Assembly (NCBI GenBank): GCA_946415045.1
Contig: CAMKRB010000001.1
Span: 1-38,967 of the forward strand
Direction: 5' to 3'
Source of the DNA: an uncultured Myxococcales bacterium
GTDB taxonomy: Bacteria > Myxococcota_A > Bradymonadia > UBA4248
DNA: 38,967 nucleotides
Part shown: positions 15,905-25,900 of the stretch, piece by piece
Layout: each line of letters opens with the position of its first letter
How positions within the stretch are numbered: the first letter of the stretch is position 1
Position numbers and translations under genes: made by a program
The notes under the pieces: generated by a model
The model's input: the letters and a program-made list of their open reading frames with translations, nothing else
What the model was told of the DNA's origin: nothing
Database searches by the model: none

Positions 15905-18409
15905 ATGAGACAATACAACATCACAGGTATGAGCTGCGCTGCATGCAGCGCGAGGATTGAAAAAGCGGTTCAAAGCGTTCCTGGGGTTACATCTTGTGCG
16001 GTCAACCTGCTGACGCACTCGATGGGTATCGAAGGTACTGCAACGGATACGGATATCATCAGGGCTGTCACGGATGCAGGATACGGCGCAGCGCCAGTAT
16101 CTGCAGACAAATCCGGTGACGCTGCGGACGCAGATGAACTCCGGGATCGCGAAACCCCGAAACTCCGAAAACGTCTGATTCTATCCGTCATTTTCTTATG
16201 CTTCCTGTTGTATATCACCATGGGAACGATGGCGGCACAGATGGGATGGATGCCAGTTGGCAACTGGCCGCTGCCCGGGTTTCTCAGTGATGATGTGTAT
16301 ATGGGGCTCACCCAGTGTCTGCTAGCGACTATCATCCTGATTATCAACCGCAAATTCTTTACGAATGGCATCAAAGGATTGATTCATCTTGCGCCGAATA
16401 TGGATACGCTGGTGTCGCTTGGCGCAGGAGCTGCCTATATTTACAGTATCTGGGTGCTTATTGCTGCAATCGGAGGATCCGGAGCTTTGCCGGGAACGGC
16501 ACCTGATTACTATTTCGAGTCGGCTGCGATGATTGTGACGCTCATCACCGTTGGCAAACTGCTTGAATCCCATGCAAAAGGCAAAACGACAGATGCCTTG
16601 AAAAGCCTGATGAAATTGCGCCCCAATACGGCCACCATTTTGGCCGGCAACAATGAAAAGCAGGTTGAAATTGCAGAAGTTCAAATCGGCGATATCGTGG
16701 TTGTGCGTCCCGGAGAGGCGATTCCGGTGGATGGCCGGGTGCGGAGCGGTGAAAGTGCGGTGAACGAATCTGCGATCACCGGAGAAAGCATTCCGGTCGA
16801 CAAAGCACCCGGCAGTCTCGTTGCGGCTGCGACGATCAATCAAACGGGATTGCTGCATATCGAAGTGACCAGGGTTGGAGAAGATACGACGCTGGGGCAG
16901 ATTATAAGGCTGGTGCGAGATGCGGCAGCGACAAAGGCGCCGGTGGCCAAAATCGCCGATAAAGTGGCCGGGGTCTTTGTTCCTGCGGTCATTGTCATCG
17001 CAATGGTGACTTTTGTTATATGGATGATTGTTGGTCAAACACTGAGTTTTTCGCTGGCCCGTGCAATATCGGTTTTGGTGATTAGCTGCCCGTGTGCACT
17101 TGGACTGGCGACACCTGTAGCCATTGTGGTTGGCAGCGGTCTTGGTGCGCGCAATGGTATTTTGTTCAAAACGGCAAGTGCGCTCGAAGCCGCGGGAAAA
17201 CTCAAAACAATAGCGCTCGACAAAACCGGCACGATCACTTCGGGGGAACCCAAAGTAACCGATATCCTGCCATCCGAAGGGTATTCCGAGTCTGAACTTG
17301 TTGCATTGGCTGCGTCGATCGAATCGGGGAGCGAGCATCCTCTTGCGCGGGCTATTGTTCAAAAGGCTGCAGAACAAGGCGTTTCCGCATTTGAGGTCAC
17401 GGGGTTCAGCGCGTTGCCGGGAAAAGGCGTGACAGCCAAAGCTGACGACAAAGCATTATATGGTGGCAATGCCGCTTTTATTGGGGAGCAGCTGGAGATA
17501 TCCAAGAATTACCTGGAACAGGCGGATGATTTGTCGAAATCCGGTAAAACGCCGTTACTGTTTGCCAGAGGCGATGATTTTATCGGAATGATTGCAGTTG
17601 CTGACACGCTGCGCAGTGACAGCCCCAAAGCCATCGATGCGCTTCGTGCGATGGGACATGATGTGGTGATGATCACCGGTGACAATGCAAAGACCGCAAA
17701 CAGCATTGCCAAACAAGCCGGAATTGATCGCGTGATCGCCGGGATGATGCCGGAGGAAAAAGCACACGCCATTGAGGAAATGGGCAAAAATGGCGCGACT
17801 GCGATGGTTGGTGATGGTATCAATGATGCGCCTGCGCTGACGACGGCAACTGTTGGCATTGCGATTTCCTCCGGGACAGATGTCGCCATGGATGCTGCGG
17901 ATATCGTGATTACCAAAAACAGCTTATGTGATGTGGCGGCTGCGATAAGACTGAGTCGCGCCACACTTCGCAATATTCATCAGAATCTGTTCTGGGCCTT
18001 TTTCTATAATATACTTTGTATTCCGCTGGCTGCGGGCGTGTTTATTCCAGTTACCGGCTGGGCGCTTCGTCCGGTTTTTGGTGCAGCAGCCATGGGACTT
18101 TCCAGCTTTTTTGTCGTTGCAAATGCGCTGCGGCTGAATCTGTTTGATATCTATAAAGCAGACAAGGACAGCAGTCAGGATACTATTCAAAACCATACAA
18201 ATTCTATCATTGTAAAAATCGACGGCATGCATTGTGAACATTGTGAAGCGACGGTGAAAAAGGCACTTGAGGCCGTTCCGGGAATCAAGGTCATCCGTGT
18301 CAGCCATAAGAAGAACAATGCGGAGCTTCAATCGGATTCGGATGTGTCTGAAGAAGCGATTCGGAAAGCCGTGGAAAGCGTACATTTTGTATTTGGCGGG
18401 ATACAATAG
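15905..18409 (+). CDS. copA: Cu(I)-translocating P1B-type ATPase with N-terminal and C-terminal HMA domains
   Basis: 834 aa. The N-terminal HMA motif is [12 protein letters not shown]. Other motifs are TGES, transmembrane CPC ([11 protein letters not shown]), [15 protein letters not shown] and M-x2-SS. A second HMA domain ([11 protein letters not shown]) sits at the C-terminus. Confidence 0.92.
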   Translation: MRQYNITGMSCAACSARIEKAVQSVPGVTSCAVNLLTHSMGIEGTATDTDIIRAVTDAGYGAAPVSADKSGDAADADELRDRETPKLRKRLILSVIFLCFLLYITMGTMAAQMGWMPVGNWPLPGFLSDDVYMGLTQCLLATIILIINRKFFTNGIKGLIHLAPNMDTLVSLGAGAAYIYSIWVLIAAIGGSGALPGTAPDYYFESAAMIVTLITVGKLLESHAKGKTTDALKSLMKLRPNTATILAGNNEKQVEIAEVQIGDIVVVRPGEAIPVDGRVRSGESAVNESAITGESIPVDKAPGSLVAAATINQTGLLHIEVTRVGEDTTLGQIIRLVRDAAATKAPVAKIADKVAGVFVPAVIVIAMVTFVIWMIVGQTLSFSLARAISVLVISCPCALGLATPVAIVVGSGLGARNGILFKTASALEAAGKLKTIALDKTGTITSGEPKVTDILPSEGYSESELVALAASIESGSEHPLARAIVQKAAEQGVSAFEVTGFSALPGKGVTAKADDKALYGGNAAFIGEQLEISKNYLEQADDLSKSGKTPLLFARGDDFIGMIAVADTLRSDSPKAIDALRAMGHDVVMITGDNAKTANSIAKQAGIDRVIAGMMPEEKAHAIEEMGKNGATAMVGDGINDAPALTTATVGIAISSGTDVAMDAADIVITKNSLCDVAAAIRLSRATLRNIHQNLFWAFFYNILCIPLAAGVFIPVTGWALRPVFGAAAMGLSSFFVVANALRLNLFDIYKADKDSSQDTIQNHTNSIIVKIDGMHCEHCEATVKKALEAVPGIKVIRVSHKKNNAELQSDSDVSEEAIRKAVESVHFVFGGIQ

Positions 18410-18570
18410 TATTCAACAGAATAAAAAAGGCTCTGTTTAATGATCGTGAATATGAAAATGCAAAGTCGTCTGATTCACTGCTTTTAGCTTATAGCTTATG
18501 GCACTTATAGTGCTCTTTAGCCAACTACAAGCTATAAGCCTGAACTTCCAGACATCGGGTGCGAAAGTTC

Positions 18571-18593
18571 TATCCACACTGGCTAAACATAGC
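18571..18593. repeat. 23-nt motif TATCCACACTGGCTAAACATAGC, copy 2 of 2 (see 28-50)
   Basis: It matches 28-50 at 22 of 23 positions. It lies in the copA/glgP convergent intergenic region. Confidence 0.6.
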
Positions 18594-18595
18594 AT

Positions 18596-18634
18596 AAAAA
18601 AAGCCGCGGCGTATCCCAACGGGATAGCCGCGGC
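18596..18634 (-). terminator. Rho-independent terminator of glgP
   Basis: The hairpin GCCGCGGCGTATCCC-aac-GGGATAGCCGCGGC (18603-18634) is followed on the minus strand by T7 (A7 at 18596-18602 on the plus strand). Confidence 0.75.
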
Positions 18635-18642
18635 AGCGAGCG

Positions 18643-18694
18643 TATTGGCCGTTAAGCGGCCAATAGCGAGCAGAGACGTTCCCCGGAACGTCTC
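18643..18694. repeat. REP-like unit plus a second hairpin immediately downstream of the glgP stop
   Basis: TATTGGCCG-ttaag-CGGCCAATA (18643-18665) has GCGAGC on both flanks. GAGACGTT-ccccgg-AACGTCTC spans 18673-18694. Confidence 0.6.
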
Positions 18695-18706
18695 CCCATA
18701 CAGAGA

Positions 18707-21202
18707 TTAAACCTTGATGGACTGAACGTTCCAGATTTCGTCGGCGTATTGACGGATGGTGCGATCGGACGAGAAGAAGCCCATGTTGGCGATGTTGATG
18801 ATGGCTTTTTTGGCCCACAGGTGTTTGTCGCGATAGACGGTTTCGGCTTCTTTCTGGCGGGCGATATAGCTGTCGAAATCGGCGCACAGCATATAGGGAT
18901 CGTCGTTTCGCAGCCAGTTGACGATGCCTTTGTAGCGGTTGCGGTCGTCGGGGCTGAAGAAACCGGTGTCGATCATATCGATGACGGCTTTGAGATTTTC
19001 GCTTTCATCGATGTAGGTTTGTGGGTCGTAGCCTTCGGATTTGAGTGTTTTGACTTCGGATTCGGTGAGTCCGAAGAGGAAGAAGTTGTCGGCGCCGACG
19101 TTTTCGCGGATTTCGATATTTGCGCCATCGAGCGTGCCCATGGTGAGTGCGCCGTTGAGGGAGAATTTCATGTTGCTTGTGCCGGAAGCTTCTTTACCGG
19201 CGGTCGAGATTTGTTCGGACAAATCGGCGGCCGGGATGATGACTTCGGCGAGGGAGACGCAGTAGTTGGGGCACATATAGACGCGGAGTTTGTTGGCGAT
19301 GGTGGGATCGTCGTTGATGATGCGCGCGACATCGTTGATGAATTTGATGTGCAGTTTGGCTGCGGCATAGCCGGGCGCGGCTTTTCCGCCGAACAGCACG
19401 AGACGCGGCACGCGATCGGCTTTGGGATTGGATTTGAGCTCGCGATAGAGGTGAATGACGTGCAGGACGTTGAGGAGCTGACGTTTGTACTCGTGGATAC
19501 GCTTGACCTGGACGTCGAACATCATATCTTCCGAGACTTTGAACGGCATGTACAGCTTGATGAAGTGCTTTTTATTGTCGCGTTTAATCTGGTTGATACG
19601 GTCCTGGACCTCGGGATCGTCGGCGAATTTTTCGAATTCCTTGAGTTTTTCGCTGTGTGTGACCCAATCGGGGCCGATTTTTTCGGTGATGAGTTTAGAG
19701 AGCTCCGGGTTGGAAGAGAGCATCCAGCGACGCGGTGTGACGCCGTTTGTCTTGTTGTTGAATTTCTCGGGGAAGAGCTTGACGAAATCGGGGAAGAGGT
19801 CGGTTTTGACGAGGTCAGAGTGGATTTTTGCCACGCCATTGACGGAGTGAGAGCCGATGACTGCGAGGTTTGCCATACGGACGAATTTTTCGCCGGTTTC
19901 ATCGATAATGGAGACGCGGCGCTGCATTTCGTAATCGCCGGGGAAAGCAATGTGTACGCGCAGCAGGAAGCGGCGATTGATCTCGTAGATGATTTCGAGA
20001 TGACGCGGGAGGAGGCGCTGGAAGAGCGGGAGCGGCCAACGTTCGAGGGCTTCGGGAAGAAGCGTATGGTTGGTGTAACCGAAGACGCTTTCGGTAATGT
20101 CCCAGGCTTGTTCCCACTTGAGTTTTTCGATATCGACGAGCACGCGCATGAGTTCGGCGACGGCGATGGCGGGATGCGTATCGTTGAGCTGAATCGCGAC
20201 TTTATCGGCGAATTCATCGAACGATTTGTGGCCTTTTTTGTAGCGTCGGATGATGTCGTGGATAGAGCAGCAGACGAAGAAATACTGCTGTTTGAGGCGC
20301 AGCTCGCGGCCTTCGGGGTTATTGTCGGCCGGATAGAGCACTTTTGAAATCGTCTCGGAAATGACCTTGTCTTCGACGGCTTTGCGGTAATCTCCGGCAT
20401 TAAAGATTTCGAGGTTGAAATCGTTGGTTGCCTGAGCGGACCAGAGGCGCAGGGAGTTTACGGTTTCGGTGCCATAGCCTGCGATTGGCATATCGTAAGG
20501 CACGCCGCGGACTTTGACGGTGTCGATCCAGTCGCATTGCAGATTGCCGTTTTCGTCGAGCCGGCGTTCGACGTGCCCACCAAACTGAACGGTAGTCGCG
20601 TGATCCGGTCGCGCAATTTCCCATGGATTGAGGCGTTCGAGCCATGGATCGCGGGTCTCCACCTGATAGCCGTCTTTGAAGGACTGACGGAAAATGCCGA
20701 ACTCATAGCGGATGCCATAGCCCATTGCGGGGTATCCCAGGGTTGCGAGTGAATCGAGGAAACAAGCTGCCAAACGGCCCAGACCGCCGTTGCCCAGACC
20801 GGGATCCGGCTCGCGCGCTTCGATGACATCGATGTCGAGATTGAAATCGGCAAGCAGGCGCTTTGCGGTATCATACAATCCCATGTTCATCAGGTTATTG
20901 CCCATCGAACGTCCGAGCAGGTATTCGGCCGACAGGTAGTAGACGCGCTTTGCGTCTTTCTCGTAATACCGCTTCATCGTTTTCATCCAGCGATGGATCA
21001 GGCGGTCGCGAATGGCGAGCGACATGGCCAGATATAAATCGTCAAACGATGCGTTTTTTTGGTTCTTTGCGAACGAATATCTCAGATGATCGACAACCGC
21101 AGTGACGAGTTCTTCGTCACTCATTCCAGTGCGTTCGTCCTGTTCATTAACGATCAAATTAGCGTGTTTATCCTGAACGAGATTGTTGATTCTATCTGTC
21201 AT
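18707..21202 (-). CDS. glgP: Glycogen/maltodextrin phosphorylase
   Basis: 831 aa. The PLP-lysine motif EASGTSNMKFSLNGALT is present, along with GNGGLGRLAACFLDS. The RBS AAGGAG precedes the ATG at 21202. Confidence 0.93.
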   Translation of the reverse strand: MTDRINNLVQDKHANLIVNEQDERTGMSDEELVTAVVDHLRYSFAKNQKNASFDDLYLAMSLAIRDRLIHRWMKTMKRYYEKDAKRVYYLSAEYLLGRSMGNNLMNMGLYDTAKRLLADFNLDIDVIEAREPDPGLGNGGLGRLAACFLDSLATLGYPAMGYGIRYEFGIFRQSFKDGYQVETRDPWLERLNPWEIARPDHATTVQFGGHVERRLDENGNLQCDWIDTVKVRGVPYDMPIAGYGTETVNSLRLWSAQATNDFNLEIFNAGDYRKAVEDKVISETISKVLYPADNNPEGRELRLKQQYFFVCCSIHDIIRRYKKGHKSFDEFADKVAIQLNDTHPAIAVAELMRVLVDIEKLKWEQAWDITESVFGYTNHTLLPEALERWPLPLFQRLLPRHLEIIYEINRRFLLRVHIAFPGDYEMQRRVSIIDETGEKFVRMANLAVIGSHSVNGVAKIHSDLVKTDLFPDFVKLFPEKFNNKTNGVTPRRWMLSSNPELSKLITEKIGPDWVTHSEKLKEFEKFADDPEVQDRINQIKRDNKKHFIKLYMPFKVSEDMMFDVQVKRIHEYKRQLLNVLHVIHLYRELKSNPKADRVPRLVLFGGKAAPGYAAAKLHIKFINDVARIINDDPTIANKLRVYMCPNYCVSLAEVIIPAADLSEQISTAGKEASGTSNMKFSLNGALTMGTLDGANIEIRENVGADNFFLFGLTESEVKTLKSEGYDPQTYIDESENLKAVIDMIDTGFFSPDDRNRYKGIVNWLRNDDPYMLCADFDSYIARQKEAETVYRDKHLWAKKAIINIANMGFFSSDRTIRQYADEIWNVQSIKV

Positions 21203-21300
21203 GCGAGCTCCTTTGTAAAAGAATCCAACGTCCCAACCGATGGGAGTGGCGCGAATCTACGAAATTGCTTGCAGATGTGCAAGGGATTTAAAGTATTTGT

Positions 21301-21368
21301 GAGGGGGAAGTGTCCCCCTGCGCCGCTATTTGGCGGCTGTGCCGCCAAATACGCGGACGACCCCCTCG
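21301..21368. repeat. 68-nt structured intergenic element, copy 1 (paralog at 33984-34061)
   Basis: The sequence reads GAGGGGGAAGTGTCCCCCTGCGC, then the TAT...ATA hairpin TATTTGGCGGC-tgt-GCCGCCAAATA (21327-21351), then ACCCCCTCG. The 5' and 3' modules are shared almost exactly with the copy at 33984-34061. Confidence 0.7.
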
Positions 21369-21379
21369 GTTTGGTGCAC

Positions 21380-21406
21380 AAAAAAAGGCCGTGATTTCTC
21401 ACGGCC
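21380..21406 (-). terminator. Rho-independent terminator after the 481-aa TPR lipoprotein gene
   Basis: GGCCGTGA-tttc-TCACGGCC (21387-21406) is followed on the minus strand by T7 (A7 at 21380-21386). It lies 8 nt downstream of the stop at 21414. Confidence 0.8.
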
Positions 21407-21413
21407 CCAACCA

Positions 21414-22859
21414 TTACTGATTCTGTTCTTCGAGCTGTTTCTGGAGTCTTTCCATTTCCTCCATTTTACGCTGCATTTCGGCTTGCTCCTGTTCGGCTTT
21501 GCGCTGAGCTTCCTTGTATTCGTCGATTTGCTTGATACGTTCTTTGGCTTCTTCAACTCGACCTGGGATTTTCTCGTTTGGTTCTTTAGCGGCAATGAAT
21601 TCGGTCCACATCTGACGTGCTTCGTCGATCTTGTTGTAATATTCCTGAACCAGAATGATATAATTGAACCATGCCTGAGGATACTCAGGATGTTTGTTCA
21701 TGATATCCTTATAGATTTTTTCGGCTTCATCGAGTTTGTCGAGACCACGGGCGGCGACGGCTTTGGAGAGATACACCGAGATGTTATCGGGCTGAAGTGC
21801 GAGCACCTTGTTATAGAGTTCGTATGCGAGCGGATAATCCTGAACGTTGACGGCGATTCCGGCGACGTTGAGCATAGCCGAGATGTTATTGGGATCGGCT
21901 TCGACGGCTTTTTTGAATTCGGAGTTGCCCATTGAAACCTCACCTTCGGCCAGATAGATGAGGCCGGAAGTGTTGTAGATTGCGGACAAATCCTTTGGTG
22001 TATAGGCTTTGCGTTCGAATTCATCGGGCGTGATACGACCGGCGTCGAGCTGTTTTTGCAGTTCTTCGTTGTATTCGTTGTATTTAATCATCGCCTGTTC
22101 GCAGACGAGTCGGGCGACCTCAAGGCTGTTCATCAGGTAGTAAACAGCGCTGAGATTCTCGTAACAATAGATGTTGTTGGAGTCACTGGCGAGTGCGCGA
22201 CGAACGTGGAAAACGGCCTTTGCGAACATTTCATAGGCTTCTTTGTTCTTGATCTCGCCTTTGTTTTCGGAGCCTTCCATATTGAATTTGGGCTCGGAAC
22301 CGCCGCGTTCCTTTTCGAGAATGGCTTCACCGCGGTGGCGATAAATCATCCCCATATTGAGGTTGGCTTCGGAATTGTAAGGATCGATGCCGGTTTTGTC
22401 GTCGATGACCTTGAGCAGAATTTTTTCTGCTTCTTCATCTTTGCCTTCATCGAGCAGCATTTTGGAGATATTGACATAGGGTTCGGCCATATCCGGGCGC
22501 ATCTGCGAGGCTTTTTCGTAAGCGCTGCGGGCGTCGGCGTAATTGCCCTGTCGCTGCTGAAGCAGACCGATGTTATAATAGGCTTCGGCGAAATTGTCCT
22601 GTTCACCGGCAGCTTTCTTAAATGTTGCAATTGCACCGTTGGGATCGTTTTTGGACTGTTTGATGCCCTGTTCGAAGGTTGCTACGGCACTTTCTTTAAC
22701 GACGGCGCGGGTTCCATCCGCAGTTATCGTGCCTGTAGCTGATTTTGGGGAATTGCTGCCGGAAGTGGAACTGCCGCCGCAGCCGACCATCGTCGACAAA
22801 GCCAGAGCAGCAATCGTCAAACCGGCGAAACGTAGCGTAGAGCGTCTGTTTATTTTCAT
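21414..22859 (-). CDS. TPR-repeat lipoprotein with a C-terminal coiled-coil
   Basis: 481 aa. The signal and lipobox read LALSTMVGC. It has multiple TPR-like A-x3-Y/F-x-x-A units. The charged C-terminus is EAQRKAEQEQAEMQRKMEEMERLQKQLEE. The RBS is GAGGA. Confidence 0.8.
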   Translation of the reverse strand: MKINRRSTLRFAGLTIAALALSTMVGCGGSSTSGSNSPKSATGTITADGTRAVVKESAVATFEQGIKQSKNDPNGAIATFKKAAGEQDNFAEAYYNIGLLQQRQGNYADARSAYEKASQMRPDMAEPYVNISKMLLDEGKDEEAEKILLKVIDDKTGIDPYNSEANLNMGMIYRHRGEAILEKERGGSEPKFNMEGSENKGEIKNKEAYEMFAKAVFHVRRALASDSNNIYCYENLSAVYYLMNSLEVARLVCEQAMIKYNEYNEELQKQLDAGRITPDEFERKAYTPKDLSAIYNTSGLIYLAEGEVSMGNSEFKKAVEADPNNISAMLNVAGIAVNVQDYPLAYELYNKVLALQPDNISVYLSKAVAARGLDKLDEAEKIYKDIMNKHPEYPQAWFNYIILVQEYYNKIDEARQMWTEFIAAKEPNEKIPGRVEEAKERIKQIDEYKEAQRKAEQEQAEMQRKMEEMERLQKQLEEQNQ

Positions 22860-22910
22860 AGTATCCTCGTATATATCGTTCTTCGTAATTTATCGTTGGA
22901 AACCTGAGGC

Positions 22911-22933
22911 GCAATCCGGCAGAGCCGGACTGC
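22911..22933. other. Intercistronic hairpin between the two TPR genes
   Basis: GCAATCCGGC-aga-GCCGGACTGC has a 10-bp stem with one mismatch and a 3-nt loop. It starts 2 nt after the stop of the 1153-aa gene and has no U-tract. Confidence 0.45.
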
Positions 22934-22935
22934 AT

Positions 22936-25900
22936 TTACTCTGCCTTTTCTCCGGCGGCTTTTGCCGCGTCTTCTTCACTCACTGCACCTTCATCGACGT
23001 GCGTGCGGTGTTCCTTAACGGTCTTGCCGCGGAGCATATCGAGATCGGTAAACAGCGCGCCGCTCTGATAGGTCGAAACCATCTGGTTGGGGGTTGCTTT
23101 GATTTCGGCGGCTGAACGGTACTGATCAGGTCTGAGGTCGAACAGACGTTTCTGTGCTTCGGTTGTATACTGGCTGAAGAAACCGGTTTCCGCTGCTCTC
23201 TTGACGGCGACTGCATAATAATTCACAGCCTGATCTTCGAACTGATTGGCGAAATCGACCAACTGGAGTTCGTATTCGATCAAGACTTCTTCGGGGAGTC
23301 CGGGAGGTGCAGGAGCATTTGTAATCTGCTGTCCAACGTCGTTGTACATCATGCCCAGACGTGTCATGGCCGCAAGACCCCACTTGGGCGAATTGTATTT
23401 CGTGATGACATCGTTGTAGATTGGCGCAGCTTCCTGCATCTTTTCGCTCTTTTTAACCAGCTGTGTTTGCAGGAATTTGTTGATCTGGCTGGCTTTCACA
23501 TTCGGATCCGAAAGCTTGATGTCGAGTGCTTCTCTAAAGAGTACCTCACCTCGCATGAATCGTGCTTCAGCTGCGGAATCGCGGGCCAGTGCTGAGGATG
23601 CAGCATCTGCTCCGGCGAGCCATTTCTGCGTGCCCTTGTCATTGAAAATGGCTTCGGCCTTTTCGAAGTTCTTGAGCGCTTCTTTGGTATTTCTGCGCTG
23701 CGTATAGATCTTGCCGATATAGGTATAGGCAGCAATCTGGCGATCGGCTGTACCGAATTTCGCATAATTCTTCAAAAAGTCGTTAAAGCGGTCCATCGCC
23801 TTGTCGTAGGTCTTCTGGTCGTAATAGATACGTCCGGTTGCGAACTTGAGGGCCGACATCTCGGCTTTGTCTTTCGGGAACATCTTGGCATAGAGATCGT
23901 AGTTCTCGACAGCTTTTTCATATTCACCCAGACCGGCGCGGAATGCAGCGGCATTCTGAAGTGCTGTTTTGGCGCATGGATCGGCGTTTTTGGCCGGTGT
24001 GACGCCGACAGGCAGGCAGGCTTCTTTATCGGATGGATACTGCTTGACGAACATTTCATAGAATCGGGCGGCTTCGGAATACACGGCGAGGCTGTGGTAA
24101 TTCAGGCCGATGGCATAAAGGGCGCGAGGAGCAAGGGCTGCCGTATGCGGATCATTCTCACCATTGCGCAGCAAGGCAACGCGTGCTTCGATGGCGCGCG
24201 CAATATTGGTGCCGCGTTCCCAGTCAACCGATGCATTCCATCGGGCTTTTGCGGCATCTTCGCTGCCCTTGTGGGTCTCTGCATAATTCTCAAAGCAGCG
24301 CGCGGCTTCTTCCCAGTCTTTCTTGGCTTCTTTTTCTTCGCAGAACTTATAGTCGAGGGCTTCTTCATATACCGACATCACTTCGCGCAATTCGCCTGCG
24401 TGTTCGGTATTGTTCGCCATAAATGCGCCGTTGCCCTTGAATTCATTAATCGCAACGGCCATATCGCTGAACTGCTGTCTCAGCTTGTAGATCTCGAGGA
24501 TATAGTTGGCGGAATAAACTGCTGCATCGGTGCCCGGGGCATCGCGGACGACTTCGCGGAACAAAGGCACGGCATCATCAAAGTGGTTGTAATCGTAGTA
24601 AATCAAAGCTGCTTTGTACTTCGAGTTCACTGCGAATTCTGCTGAAGTATCGACCTTTGCATAGCGCTTGCTCGCTTCGATGAACTTCAGGCGGCATTCC
24701 GCAATCGGATACTCCGGATATTCCTGAACCTCGCCGTCTTTGGCTTCGGGGGTCTTCGGAATATCGGGGCAGGCTTCCTTATTGGTATTGCTTTCGCCCA
24801 TCAGCTGATCGTAGGCGAGCACTGCACCGTGCGCAGCATCCTTGAGGATCTTGTCGTTGTCTTCGGTCTTGGGAACTTTGCCCTTATCGTTCAAATCGAG
24901 AACGCGTTCATACCCCTTGGCAGCTTCGGCATAATTCTGACGGAAATACGCCATATCTGCATAGTAGTACATGACTTCGAAATTGTCGTCGGCATTGGGG
25001 AAGTTCTCAAGATATGTCTTGTAGATTTCGAATGCCAGAGAATAGTAAAGAGGATTCTTGGTATTCTGATACGTCATGTGATACCATTTTGCGGTATCCG
25101 AGACGTAGGTTTCGAGGCTGTCGTTCTCTTTCTTTACAGCTTCGGGGGTCGCGCCTTCATATTTGCTGTCGCGGGCCAGAACGAACAATTTGACGGTACG
25201 GTCGATTTCTTCGGCCAGACGCGTCGGATCGCTCAGCGTCTCGACATTGAGCATGATTTCGTGCTGATACGAGACGATCTTGAACTTTTTGGGATTGGCG
25301 GCGATCAACTGGTTGTAGACGTAATTGGAATCGTCAATACGGCCATTTTCCTGATAGAAACGCGCGAGTCGTTCCATCATCGTATTGACTTCTTCATCGT
25401 CCTTGGCAAAGCCCTTGAAGTATTTGCGTGCATTGGCTGGTTTGGCGTCATCCCACATGCTGTATGCCTTGACGAGATCCTTGACGGCCTCTTTGCGCAT
25501 ATTTGACTTGCGTGCGGAATTGCTCTTGTCGGCTTCGCGGATAACGCTCTCGAACTGTGCCAGAGCTTTCTTGGGCTGACCGAGATTGAAGTAGCACCAT
25601 CCCATTTTATACATGGCGTACGATGCCGCCGAGCTGGACGGATCGATGCTCACGACTTTCTGATATTGCTGCAGCGCATTGGGCATGTCTTCTTCGATGG
25701 CAAACGTATACTCGGCCATGCCGAGGAAGGCTTCGGGCAGGTATTTGGAGTTGGAGTGTTCGCGTACGATGCCGCTGTACTGTTCATAAGCCTCGCCGGC
25801 ATAGCCCATCTCGGCCAGATTGAACGCCATGTAGTAGCGGATCTTGTCGAGCTGCGGATAATCCTGATGATACTTGATGATTTCGCGATACAGCTTGAGC

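Noticed and set aside
18437-18619. A 60-aa minus-strand ORF in the copA/glgP intergenic region.
   Set aside because: It begins inside the glgP terminator hairpin (18603-18634) and runs through the terminator U-tract, the 23-nt motif and the palindromes. It is more plausibly non-coding RNA or DNA structure.
18749-20347. A 532-aa plus-strand ORF.
   Set aside because: It is antisense to glgP, whose identity is unambiguous from the PLP motif. The translation is low-complexity (Asp/Gly/Phe/Glu/Val).
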